From positions 1,550,001-1,614,000 of the forward strand of contig JBLDXI010000015.1 in NCBI GenBank assembly GCA_047495785.1: 64,000 nt of DNA, read 5' to 3'. Every line of letters begins with the position of its first letter. The stretch's first letter is position 1. Under the pieces are notes generated by a model that worked only from the letters and a program-made list of their open reading frames with translations, searched no databases and was not told where the DNA came from. The DNA comes from Lepidodermella squamata. Taxonomy: Eukaryota > Animalia > Gastrotricha. The translations under genes were made by a program, and so were the position numbers. Of the stretch, positions 40,301 to 52,486 are shown in pieces.

Positions 40301-43300
40301 CAGTTTTCCTTCATTATATAATTTTTATTGAATTGATTCTTGAATTATTTTTCACTCTTCCGATATAGACTTTGCCAGTATACAACATGCTTTTTTACAA
40401 TTTTTTGCAAATCATCCCGTTTACTTTGAAGCCTTTGTTAACTGGCTTTGACGCCATGACGCTTTCACGCCTTTGTTTTGAAGCCTTTTACTGAGCTTTC
40501 CCTGCTTTGTAGGGGGCCCTACTACGTAAAATTTTCAATTTGCCCGGCATCCACGTATTTTTTCGGCGAATATCTGCACTAAATTTACTGAAAGTTATGA
40601 CGGCTCATCTTACTAGTAAGCTGAACAAACAATAAACAAGCACTATGGTCAAGACAAACGACTCGAATAGGAAAATAATATAATTACATGATAATGGGGT
40701 GGTAAAATATTATCATGAAAAAAATCCAAAAATTAATTTTAGGCGATTTTTCAACAGCTGAGGTTAATTAAAATCCAAATTCATAAAATGTCGCAAAAAA
40801 ATATGCCGAGTTTAAATTAGCGCTTTGACTGAAGCTCGGCTGATTTTTTCACCCAAATCAGCTGTGAATTTGAAAACAATAGAATGAAAAATATTTCCAA
40901 GGAATCGAACCTCTACAAAAATGAAGAAAATTTACTGACAGATAGTCGGTTTGATGCATTCTACGAATTTCTACGAATTTGATTTGTACAACGACGATTC
41001 TCAGCTCTCAATATCAAGAGTATATGAACAATTTACATCTATAGGCTTTAGTCCGATCAGATGGTTTCGTCAATGTTGCCGAAAAGTCTTGCTACTTCCG
41101 GTTAATGGGAAAAAATGCAACCTTATTTCATATAAAATTGATGAATATCTTGCTATATTATTTTCCTCCAGAAAGTCCCAAATTGGATTTTGAAATTTTT
41201 CAGCGCGGCAAACTTTACTTCCAGTTTCTCATTAATTCTAATAGCGATGCCATTTGCAAAACATTGTCAACCTTTGTCTATCGAAAAAGCCGCATCACGT
41301 TTTTTTGTTTAAGGATTTTTTCAAGTTTCTCATAAACAGCCATAAGGAAGCACTCAACACGTATTTCCTGTAAATTTTCTTCGGCGCGTCATTGTTGAGT
41401 CAGAAAAATAAATGGCTTACTTGTCGGACGTTTTCTGATACTCGAATTAGTCGAGCTTTGCCGCTTGAGATCCGGTGCAATTTCAACATCCACAACTAGA
41501 GCACTCAAGCTCAAGCGCCTCGCTGTTGTCCACATCCTGCGACTGCATATACGACCGAATCAGGTCAACAAACAACGGACTAGCGGCTAACATCTCCCGA
41601 AAATTGCCCTGAGCAACAATCCGGCCCTTATCCATCAGAATGATATGATCAGTCTGAGGTAGGAAATTCAATCGATGAGTCGCCCAAATTCTAGTTTTCG
41701 GGTGTTGCTGGCCTAGTAGGCCAGTTGGGCCGATAACTCGGTCGAACAAATGCCGAGCCGTGTAGGAATCAACGGCAGAAAGCGGATCGTCCAACAAATA
41801 CACGTCAGATTTCGCGTAAACAGCTCGAGCCAGAGAAATTCGCTGCTTCTGCCCGCCTGATAAATTGATGCCCTTTTCGCCGATTTCAGTCATATCGCCC
41901 GCGGCTAGAATTTCAAGATCCGGCGTAAGAGCGCAGGCGTCGATGACTTCCCGATAGAACTGCGGCTCTTCACGTGATGAAAACAGAATATTACCCTTCA
42001 GCGTCGCGTTTTGAATCCACGGAATTTGAGCGACGTAGCCGCAAGATCCTGACAGATCGACTGAGCCATTCAATTTCAGCATTTCACCGAGAATAGCCGA
42101 GAGTAAGGACGATTTACCAGCGCCAACTTCGCCGACAATCGCGACTAAAGCGCCTCTTTTCACCTCTAAATTAATCGAATTCAACTCGAATTTCTCGCTC
42201 GATTTTTCGTCGCTCTGATCGGTCCACGTGAAATGGCCATCTCGAATAGCCAGCGATAAATTTCCCGTCGATCGATTCCTCGTTACCGCTGTTTCGTCAA
42301 TTTCGTCCAGTAGCAAGTAATCGGCGATTCGTTTCATCGAAACAGTCGATTGAACAACTGCGTTAATGACATTCGGCAGCATAACCAGTGGAGCTCGCAT
42401 TATATTGAATAAAACTATCGAGGTAAAGGCCTTGATGGGGTCTAAATTAGCCTCAGGATCGGTGAAAATGTACGTGGCAAAGGTGACCAGTGTCACAATA
42501 TGCGGTGCAAGGTTCCAAATGAAGGAGGAGAAGATTTGGAGTAGGATTGATTTCCTCAATAAAGCCACTTCTTCCCGTCTAGCCTTCAGAACTTTGTCCT
42601 GGAATGACTTTTCCCATGCGTATAGTTTGATCGCCTTCATTCCTAACAGCATTTCGTTAACCAGCTTGATCCTCTCGTCTTTTTTCTTCATTTTCGCGAG
42701 CTGGTACCTTTTCGCAATTCTAGCTTTAATTCCACTGATTACTATGAAGAAAATCATGACGAAAAGACCGGCTAGAGTTGCTGGGCCAAGATTGATCCAT
42801 AATAGAGCGAGAGAAACTGTGATTTGAAGCGGCGATGACCATAAAATGTGTAAAAACATCGCAATGTCCAGAAAATGACTCGCGTCGACTGACATTAGGT
42901 TAACAGCTTGGCCTGTTGTTGTTTTCTGTCGGGCTATGTTTGATAGTCGCAGGCCTTTGTCGAAAATCGCTCCGGTCAAGGCTGCACGGGTTCTGAGGCC
43001 TACGATGCCAACGTTATAGAAATATTGCTGCATAACAGCGGTTTGGAGCAATGAGTTGAAAAATAGCCCAGTAACAGCCATATAGCCGTGCCAAGTCGGT
43101 CTAGTTCGACTGTCTTTAATGTAGCCAGTGATGAGCATCATATAAACAGGGCCGAGTAGAAGAAGCGAATCTTGAATAAGTTTGAGCAGGCCAGATAACA
43201 CAAATCGCGCGCCAAAGGCTTTGAAGAGAGCCTTCAACAGGGTGATATTTGATTTTTTCGGAGGTTGCGGTGATGCGGCGGTGGTGGGGTTCGGCTCGGC

Positions 43301-44445
43301 TTCAACGTTCAAGACGTTCTGCTTGAAAGTGCAGGTGCATTGATTCCAAGCTTTCGAGAATCGGTCGCAAAGAACACGACTCCATTCATCAGGGGGCAGC
43401 ATCCATATATTAGACGGCTTGAGAGGCTTACGCCATCCGGTAACAATCAATCTATACAGAATACAGAACTATAATCACAAGTCAAATTGAAATGGGGAAA
43501 ATTAATACTCGGTCATCCACCAAAATGTGAGACGCGAAACCACTGAAGCTTCGAGTTCGGGACTTGGACGCTAAAATCAGAAAGTTTGGACATGGAAAAG
43601 ATTAAACCAAGGGGCTCACGTGATCAACCAGAGGCTTCACGGTATCATTCTCTTCCAACAGCAAATCTTCTTTGTCCGGAACAACCCGTTTTGGAACACC
43701 AACAAAGCCATATATAGCTGTTTGAGTGATTGATATTGTCAGTAGAATGCAAGTGTAAACAAAATAGACACTTGTTGGCAGAGTCTGGAAAATGAAACAT
43801 CTTTGCAATGCATACAGATCAAATGCGTATCAATACTAACCGAATACCACTCTTGTACGATTCCAGACGCGAGACGAATACAAATTATGATTAACGTTAG
43901 TATCCAAAACATGAACAGACAGATCGAGGTGGAACGTTTTTGCTTGAGCTCGATGAAGCTTAGCAACAACACAATTACCTATAATTTATCATTATGCGAG
44001 GGGAAAAGAGGTTTTGTGATAACTTACACTGGCCACAACCATGGCAAACAGACGAATCAATGCATGGTATATCGGCCTTCGAGAAACTAAGACTAGATCA
44101 AGGGTGTAAATCAGCTCGGTGAGATATAGGCACAGGAGCAAGAACGAAAACAACACTTTTATAATCGGAACAGGTCCCCTTCTGCGCTCCAACGATGAAG
44201 AAGGCTTGCCATTGACACTGTGGAGAAGATAAAGCAAGTACGGCAGGCAAACAATCGTTGCGAAACCAGCTGGAATGAATGCAGTAACTGTGTCATGAGC
44301 ACATAGATTGAGATCGAGGGTTTCATTCAAAGACGAGGATTGCTGCAAGAGAACGAATGAAATATAGGAAATTTGCTCAAACAAGACTTACTGGTCCCAC
44401 ACAAAGAAAACCAGCGACAACCGTATTGACGTCGGCTTGAGGCAT
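37316..44445 (-). CDS. ABCC/MRP1-like long ABC transporter (TMD0-L0-TMD1-NBD1-TMD2-NBD2), 8 exons, 1-nt frame discrepancy in the linker
   Basis: Exons 44445-44392, 44342-44028, 43978-43841, 43784-43620, 43570-43509, 43451-41421, 39923-38177, 37430-37316. L0 SPELEASVVSRLTFWWM; NBD1 GEVGAGKSS, LSGGQKQR, LLDDPLSAVD; NBD2 GRTGAGKSS, LSAGQRQL, LMDEATAAVD, IAHRL. Exon total 4627 nt = 3n+1. Confidence 0.9.
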
Positions 44446-46589
44446 AGCAATTCGATCAAGTTGCAAAAGCTAAGTCACAAAACGGACCCAGCAGCAACAA
44501 AACTCAATATGTAAAATCAATAAGAAATCTATGAACGACAACAAGATTCGCGGGTATAAAGCACTGACAGAATATAGCATGCAGTAAACTGAAGCGGCGA
44601 GCGGCGAAGCTCTTAGGCCGATTTCATCCTTCATCTAAAATTCAGAAATGACATGACTACAAGCCGGCAATGGATATAAAGTGGAAATAAGTAAGTGATA
44701 ACCACAGTAATTCCATCAACCGAATTTCAGTAAAATCTTCGCCATATGCGACTTGTGAACGGATATCAGAAGATATTCAAAAGTATCATGTGGGTCAAAA
44801 TTTCAGCTGACACATCTATCACCAGGGCTGCATTCAGTGCAAGGTGTGCGAGGCAAGAGGCAAAAAGTGGGTCAAATACTAGCCGGGTATCGCACTACCG
44901 GCATCGGCGTAAATATACCGCCACGTCAGGCTTCAAGGTTTAAGATATTATTAAAAGTAAATCAATTTCGGCAATAACTAATTTAAGCTGTTTATTTAAA
45001 AATAAATTAAGCGTTATATTATTATTTAATGGTAGCATGATATTTAAGGCAAAAGAAAAGTGGGCTCACTTTTGCCTCCGAATCGCATGTCGTTTGCAAA
45101 TAAACCATGATTGGCCCATGAAAATGTTGCATATTCTTTCAGTAAGTATATTGTTCTTATCATAATCCAGAAGAAGCTTATAAATTTTGACACAGTTTTG
45201 CAGCAAACATTCATTGTGAAAAATTGATCCTCCTTTAAATTCACGGAGGGAACTGATTTTTAGACCTGTAGTACTTTCAGAAGTAAGCGAACTAATAGGA
45301 AGCTCAACCCAGCTACCAGTTAGCTACGCTTGCCTCAAGGCAGTGCCGTCGCATCGGTCCTGTATATTCTGTATTCGGCGGAGTTGCCTGCTACGATGCT
45401 ACGATGTCCCCTACTCAACTACTCACAACGCAATGCTAACTTCAGAGATGAGAGATGACAGTTATTGTGAATTTGACTCTCAAAAGAAAGCACTGACTCC
45501 AAGAAACATTTATTTCATAAAGCTTATCCTTCGAATGACTGAGCGCACATAAGATTGTGCTTGGCGTATGACTTGGGCCTCGCTAACTGCTAGGCCCCAT
45601 ATCGCGGGGTGGGAGACAGAACGACCTGCCTAAAATAGAAACAAATGGCGTAAAACTACTTTTTGCATCTCCGTCAAGTCAGTCGCGTGCGGGAAAAACT
45701 GAGCGCCAGTTTTTCTATGCATCAAATGCATCAAGCCAGGCGGAACTCTCTTTCATCATCGATTCATCGATATTAATAATAATCATTGTTAGTCCAGTTA
45801 ATGTTGGTCAATCTCCATCGATGTTATCGTTATAGCTACTAGTGTCTCGTGTCCTAGAGCATCAGCCGGATCTACCTTATGAGTCGCTTTCCATTTTGAA
45901 GACGCAAAATTGAATGATTTACTGTGCCAGCGCTATTTCGACCATGGCAACAAGGACTGCAGTACCAAAACCAAGGGTAAACTCAACCGCCTACAACGTC
46001 TTCAAATCCGAACAAAGTGAGGACCCGCAAAGCAGCCTGAAGGTCGACGATCTGGTTACTCGGCGGGCAAATCGATTCTCCATATAGCACATTCTGTTTT
46101 TCGAGTTAGTAGAACGTGACGAGGTTTCTAATTGCCTTGTTTACGCAGAGCTTTAATTTTACGTGTAATTTCAGCATTCGTGTTTAATACTCTGCAGGGC
46201 ACAGTGCAATGCATCGAAATAATCCCCTCAAGCATTGTTGCTGCTAGATATCTACGTCACAGGGCTGCTTGCAGTTGGGTTGATTCTTAGCTCACATTTT
46301 AATAGGCCATAAATTTGAGAACAACAAGCTTTGTCAGTTTTAACCTCAGGTTGATATTCACAATAAAGAAGTTGACGGAGTACTCTGAATTTATAAGCTC
46401 AGGAGTAATTAATAACTAAGCCAAACAATCAAAGTAGCTTTTGTGTCGTACAAGTCGCTTGAGACTTCTGCAAACACTTGAAGTCCCAGAGCATACAGTA
46501 TCATCTCATACCCAATACAATATATTCGCGGTACAATGTTTAATCTCATTGCCAGTTCCAAAAAGTGTGCTATATATTTTTGATAGACC

Positions 46590-49500
46590 ATGGATCTAAT
46601 ATTTTGTTGGATTTTACTATCAGTTGTGCCATTGGCGGCGTCAATTGAACGGCATTACTACATTGGAATAATCGAAGTGGAATGGGATTATTTAGCTTCA
46701 TCAGCCCGCGAGATATCTATGACTCCGAGGATATCTGTTACCAGTCGCACGACGACTACAATGAGCATGTTTATGAACATGGGAATGAACATGAATATGG
46801 CAAATTTGAACATTGCCACTGGCCACGCTAATCATGGCACAGAACAGGCAACAGCTACACGTCCTGCAAACTCAGATCAGCAACAGCATCAACATGGGAG
46901 AAAAAAGCGAGAAACGAATACTACGAAGACCACTTACGTAAAAGCTGTGTTTCGCTTGTTTAAGAGCGCAAATTTCACGGAGAGAATAGATCACCTCCGA
47001 GGTTTAGGTCTCGTTGGTCCTCTGATTGTTGCATCTCCAGGTGACCGAGTTTTCATCCACTGCAAAAATTTCGCTCGCTTTGATTTCAACGTCCACCCGC
47101 ATCTTGTTAGATACAGCTCTGACGAAGAACCCGGTGTGCCTGCATTCGGGGGCGAATATACCTACGAATGGTTCCTACGAGATAACGACCAACTTACCGA
47201 TGAGCAGCCATGCTCCTTAGGAGCCTATCACAGCGGTCTGAACTCCCTGGGTGCAGAAATCGAAGCTGGGCTATTTGGGCCACTATTGATTTGCAAGTCC
47301 GATGTTGCTCCAAGCTCTATCGCGGAATACTCTTTGAAAAATGGAGATGCTCTTGCTTTTGCGATTCCCTATGTATTCAACGAAGCAGAAAGCGTTTACA
47401 AGGCTGTAAATAACATTAACCCACTCGAACGACACGTTTTCCCAACAGTAAATGGCATTTCCGGTATTACCCATCCCGATATTTCAATTTTTGAGCCCAA
47501 AAGCTGCAATGCATCGTTGTGGTTGAATACTTTCACTCTTGGGGGCACTGCTAATTTTCATCTTATGACAACAAGCTGCGGGCTCATGATGACGAATGGT
47601 AGAACAATGACCGATACAATTCCCGTGTACCCTGGCAGTTTCAGAACGACCTCATTCTCAGTTGAAGAACTCCTGAGAAGCTCGGATACTCTACCTTGTA
47701 AGCTTCAAACTGCCGATGAAGGACTCCGAAATGCCGGTAATAAACCTTGACCAAATTTCAATGGAAAATCGTTAATTACGTATTTCTTGCAGGTATGCTC
47801 ATACAGTTGGTTCCGCACTCATTAAATTGCAGGTTGATGGAAACATTCAACAAGATTGAAGAGAATATTCCGTTTTACAACTTAACAATTAAGGAAGTGA
47901 AATGGAACTATTCACGGGAAGAAAATGTTTCGAGCTTCTCGAAACTCAAGTTTGAGGGGTCTGAACAATTTTCACCTGGATTGCTTGGCCCTGAATTGTT
48001 GGCACGCATATCTCAACAATTTGGAGTAAAGTTAAAGGTTCCTCGATCTACTATTCAGAATTTACCCGGTTTCGAACTTAAAATGCCCGAAATTATTAAA
48101 ACAATACGGCGAACTGACGAATCAACATCGGAAGACATCATCATTCTATATTACTATGAAATCAAGCCTAGCAAAATTGGATCAAACTTCGACTCACCTT
48201 GCCGACCGTTCATCTACTCAGCTTCGATCGATAGGGCTATAAACGATACTCTTGACATGTCTCCATTTGACACAGGTCTCTTTGGACCTTTGGTGGTTTG
48301 CAAAAGTGAAGCAGATCTGCTTAATTTGAAATCGCAGCCCTTCTATTCGATTGCTCCAATCATAATCGACGAAAGGCACTCATGGCTTGCCAAATCGAAT
48401 GAAGCGTGCCTGAAATCGCAGTCTTCCTCGCTTTTTCACACAATTAATGGTTTGTCCGATGGTTCAGCTGATTTCGGCTTGCTACCAAGCAACTCTTCGA
48501 TAACGTGGTTTCTGCTCTCGATACCACCGCTTCCTGGCCGCCAGATGATATTTCAGCATTCAGTTTCTTTCATCTCAAGTAGTGGGCAGAATGGCATTTT
48601 TGCCGAGCGATATGATGACAACAACGAAACTGAGCTCACACTCACACCAGGCTCAACAGTGGTGTTCCACGGAGCTGGGAAGGCAGTTTTGATGAATCTA
48701 AACAACACATCTTCCATCTCAAATGGAACGCTAGAGAAATGGCAGATGATCTGCCAACTCACTGGGTATTTGAGAAATGGCATGCTTGCAACGTTTTCTA
48801 CTCGAGCTTCATCAGAAGCAACTATTACGCCTTCTAAAACCGAGGAAAAAGTAGATCGTTACTTCATAACAGTTCAAGAGTTGGACTGGGATTATAAGGG
48901 TGAGGTTAGCCACACTCAATCGGAATCTGGCCATCACAGCCATCACGGTGGCAGTTCTGATGACTCAGTTCTATCAAGCCGGAGGACAATTTTTCGAAAG
49001 CTTCTTTACCGAGATGCCGTAAATGTAACTAGAAGCGAACGAGATTCTCACCTCAGCCTCATGGGCCCTGTAATTTATATCACCCCGGAACGCCCTGTCG
49101 AAGTCACCCTGCTTAATATGGCAAGCAAAGCTGTCAGTATTCAGCCTGGGGCTGGAATCATTACCGAAGCAAAGTCTGAGCTTCTAATAGATGGAGCTGT
49201 TGAACCTGGGAAATCGGTGACGTTTACATGGCGTCTACCAGAAAATTTTGTATTCGCCGCCACTCCAAGCGACGCTTTTCCTGAATGTTCAGCTACTCTA
49301 TACACATCCAACACTGACAAAATTGGTGATTTTTACGCTGGCCTAGTCGGTCCAGTTTTGATTTGCCCTAACCGAAAGAGCGCTGAGGAGAAACACGACG
49401 TTCCACGATTTTTTTCATTTTATGCGAGGTTCAACGAATATCTGAGTAGCTTAGCTCAAACAAATAATATAACGCAGGAAGAAATCAACTCATCATCTCA

Positions 49501-49899
49501 AACGCTTATTTTCGACACGGTAAATGGTAGGCTGAATGGAGCTGTCGATTCGCCCGGCTTCTCTTTCCACACAAATCAAAGCGCGGACTGGTTCATGTTT
49601 GCGGCCGGAGATTTCGACGACGTCCATATGGTACATTACCACGGATCTTCACTAGCTTACGTCGATACTGATGCGGGAAATACACCTCGTATTGCTGATA
49701 CGTTTACGGTTTTTCCTGGGGAATCGATATCAGGTCTGGCTGTGGCTGGTCGGATGCGTCAAGTTCCAGCTGGTATTTGGCCTATTCATTGTCACGGTAT
49801 ATCACTCCTGTCGTTTTAAACACATTTTTATTTCATATTTTTTCAGTTTTGGAACATTCAATGCGTGGCATGGTTGCGCAATACTCAGTTCAGCATTAA
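46590..49899 (+). CDS. Six-domain multicopper oxidase, ceruloplasmin-like, apparently secreted (MCO-2), ~1067 aa, 3 exons
   Basis: Exons 46590-47736, 47793-49796, 49847-49899; same two phase-1 intron positions as MCO-1 and clear collinear similarity. HMVHYHG and HCHVLEHSMRGMVAQYSVQH*; no transmembrane tail. Confidence 0.9.
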
Positions 49900-50044
49900 C
49901 ATTGTATTTATGAGTTACTCCTTCCAGAAACACTACTTCCTTTTTGATAAAATATGCCTACCGTCGATATGTAATCGCTAGCCAGCTTGTAGTCTTTGGT
50001 CAAATTAGAGAAGGCAAAGGACAGTAAAATATATTTCGTTTCAT

Positions 50045-51046
50045 TTAATCCTCCTCTAGCTTGGTTTCAAACAAGGATAAAAAGGGACCATGAATTGGCT
50101 GCAGGAAATTATCCCTAGGCCAGTCTACACCATCAGTCTCTACAATGTGCCAGCAGTAAGTGTTGTTGTGTCTTGGGGCTGCTTTAGACTCACATTTTTG
50201 GCTGAAAAAATTATCAAATCGGGAAGAATGGAACCTTATAAAGCTAAAAACTCACGTTTTATAAACCAGCAAGCTGTTAAGGATTACAAGCGATCCTCGT
50301 GGTACTGTAACTGGTTTAAATTCGGAATCCTTGAATTCAGCGAGATCAGATGGTCCTGTGAAACCCAACTCGACACCCTTCGTCGCAAGTGGAGGACCGC
50401 CGGACTTGCGAACGAAACGATTATTGTCGATTAGACCTCTTTTGTGACTCCCAGGCACAACATGTAGCTCACACTTTTTACCAACGCATTCGCCATCCTT
50501 TGACGGGCTCACATTTGCCCAAAAGCCACATAGAGCCGAGGAAGGCTCTACAAAATTGTAAGTAAGGTCTTGATGTTTCCCAACCTCATCAGTGATAAAC
50601 TGGCTCTGGTTAACGATCGGATGTTTGAAACCTAGCTCTTTAGCTAATGCTTTGAATTTCGCGGAAAAAGTCGCATTCCTGAAAGCTGAAAGATGAATAT
50701 GAATGCCATAACCGATCCTGCCCAAGACATTTAATTTGCTCTGAAGGTCCAATGCTCCGTCTAGTGATTTGATATCGGCATTTTGTCGCATGTAGAACCC
50801 AACTGAATCAGCACTGTTCAAAAAATATTCGTTATGATCTTTTGGGGCGGTATCTCGGGATAATGAGGCATCATCATTCTTCTCCCAGTGATGACTGGAT
50901 GTCGTCAACTCATTTGTAGGTGTAGCATCAACTAAGGTATGAAAATTTTGCAACAAATTGTCGCATTCGTTTGCAGATAGGAAGTTTGCTAGAATGCAAT
51001 AGCCATTCTCCTCATAGGCATTGCGAACTTGCTCGAAACTAGCCAT
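50045..51046 (-). CDS. PHYHD1-like phytanoyl-CoA dioxygenase-family protein, ~315 aa, 2 exons (degenerate active site)
   Basis: Exons 51046-50256 and 50201-50045. YEENGY, EYFLNSAD, IGYGIH, HQD, LCGFW, LHVVPGSHK, GSLVIL, and YCWHIVE...WPRDNFLQP matching the PHYHD1 C-terminus. Confidence 0.85.
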
Positions 51047-51222
51047 TCATCCAAAGCCAGTACTAACTCAAATTCTCGTGATGTATATTGAGGGAGGAAT
51101 TTTCCTTATCACGACCAGCCACATAAAATCCTAATTGGCCGCGGTTACTTAAGAGATAAGTAACTGAACAGTGACTATGCATACTTTTTATTAGATTAAT
51201 TTACAAGTGAAGTAATTTGTGA

Positions 51223-52486
51223 TCAGTTATTAGGGATGACGTAAAAAATCTTAGCGAAACGAACTACGACACTTTGAACAGGTTTAGGCGTTGTAGTGGA
51301 GGGTGGGAGGCCGTTGAAACTGCGGCTCTGAACGGGCTGAGGTGCCTTCGCTAGATCAACGCATCTCGGCTGCTCAACCAGTTCGCATTGACTGTTTTGC
51401 TTAGCGTACTCGTAAGCTCCGCACCTCGGATCGCTATCGCAGCGATCTCGGCAGTCGAACAGAGTTACGTTGCCAAAACTCATGTAAATGCTACCACCAG
51501 AACAAACAGCATCGGCATACGTTGTTAGAACAGTGCTATTTGTGCCAGGAGCTGAGGCGGCTACCGCACTGGAATCAAATCCAGCGATTACTTTAGAAAC
51601 GCCAGATTGAGTTGGTAGCGTGAAAATGGCGGGCACAGGCGCTTTTGTGGTGGTGGTTGTGGTGGTAGGAGTGGTGGTTTTCTGCATCGGACTAGACCAT
51701 CCACTATTCGTCGATTTCGACGTCAGAGTTGATGTTCGAATAGTTGATGTCCGAGTAGTTGCCGCCGGCGTCGCGGTTACTTTGGGCGTCGTGATAGTGA
51801 TGGTTGAATTAATAGCAATGATCTATCAAAATAATTAAATTAATTATCGAAACATACGACGGCCTTTAATAATTTACCCGAGGAAGAGTTGCCATGATGA
51901 AAGTAAACAGCTTAGTTGTAGGTTTAGTGGTCGGTCTAGTCGTTGTTGTAGTAGTTGTGGATGTTGTAGTCGGGTTATAATTATTTGGAAAGCACGTCGC
52001 ATAGCATTCCTCCTCTGAGGCGAACCGATTCGAGTTGCCTCGGGGACCAGCCCAGAAGAATATTTCACACCTTTTGTTCAAGGCATTGTAATAGTACTTC
52101 TGTTCATCATTCTCTCCATCGCCAGGATCCACTGAGGCTTTACACGCGTCTGAGGGTTCGTAGAGTTTGCCAAGGTCTTCTGGAATAACTTGAGGCGGCA
52201 GTTCTTCTGTCGTTGTTGGGGACTGGGTTTCAACAACTACACCCTCGCAAGCGACTCGGCATTCGTCAAAATTTTGAAAATTATTCTCATTGCCGTCGCA
52301 GCCTCCGTAGATGAATTGAACACATCGTTTTTCGAGGGGGTTGTATCGGAAACGCAGGAGTAAAGCCCTGCATCGGCCCGTTTCCTCAGGGAGCCCGCAT
52401 AATATTTCAGACCTGAGATTCAGGCCTTGCTTGACTCCAGCTGCCAAGTTTGCAATAGCGAATAAGACTAAGCTGCTGCTTAACAT
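51223..52486 (-). CDS. Secreted Kunitz-Kunitz-Thr-rich mucin-PAN/apple protein, ~402 aa, 2 exons
   Basis: Exons 52486-51878 and 51822-51223. Signal peptide MLSSSLVLFAIANLAAG; Kunitz 1 with 6 Cys (GRCRA, FIYGGCDGNENNF); Kunitz 2 with 4 Cys; poly-Thr linker; PAN motif DCRDRCDSDPRCGAYEY...C. Confidence 0.88.

Noticed and set aside
49900-50010. Possible relic or alternative anchor exon after the MCO-2 stop (AYRRYVIASQLVVFGQ)
   Set aside because: Only faint similarity to the MCO-1 tail, out of frame, and no convincing splice path giving a TM segment.
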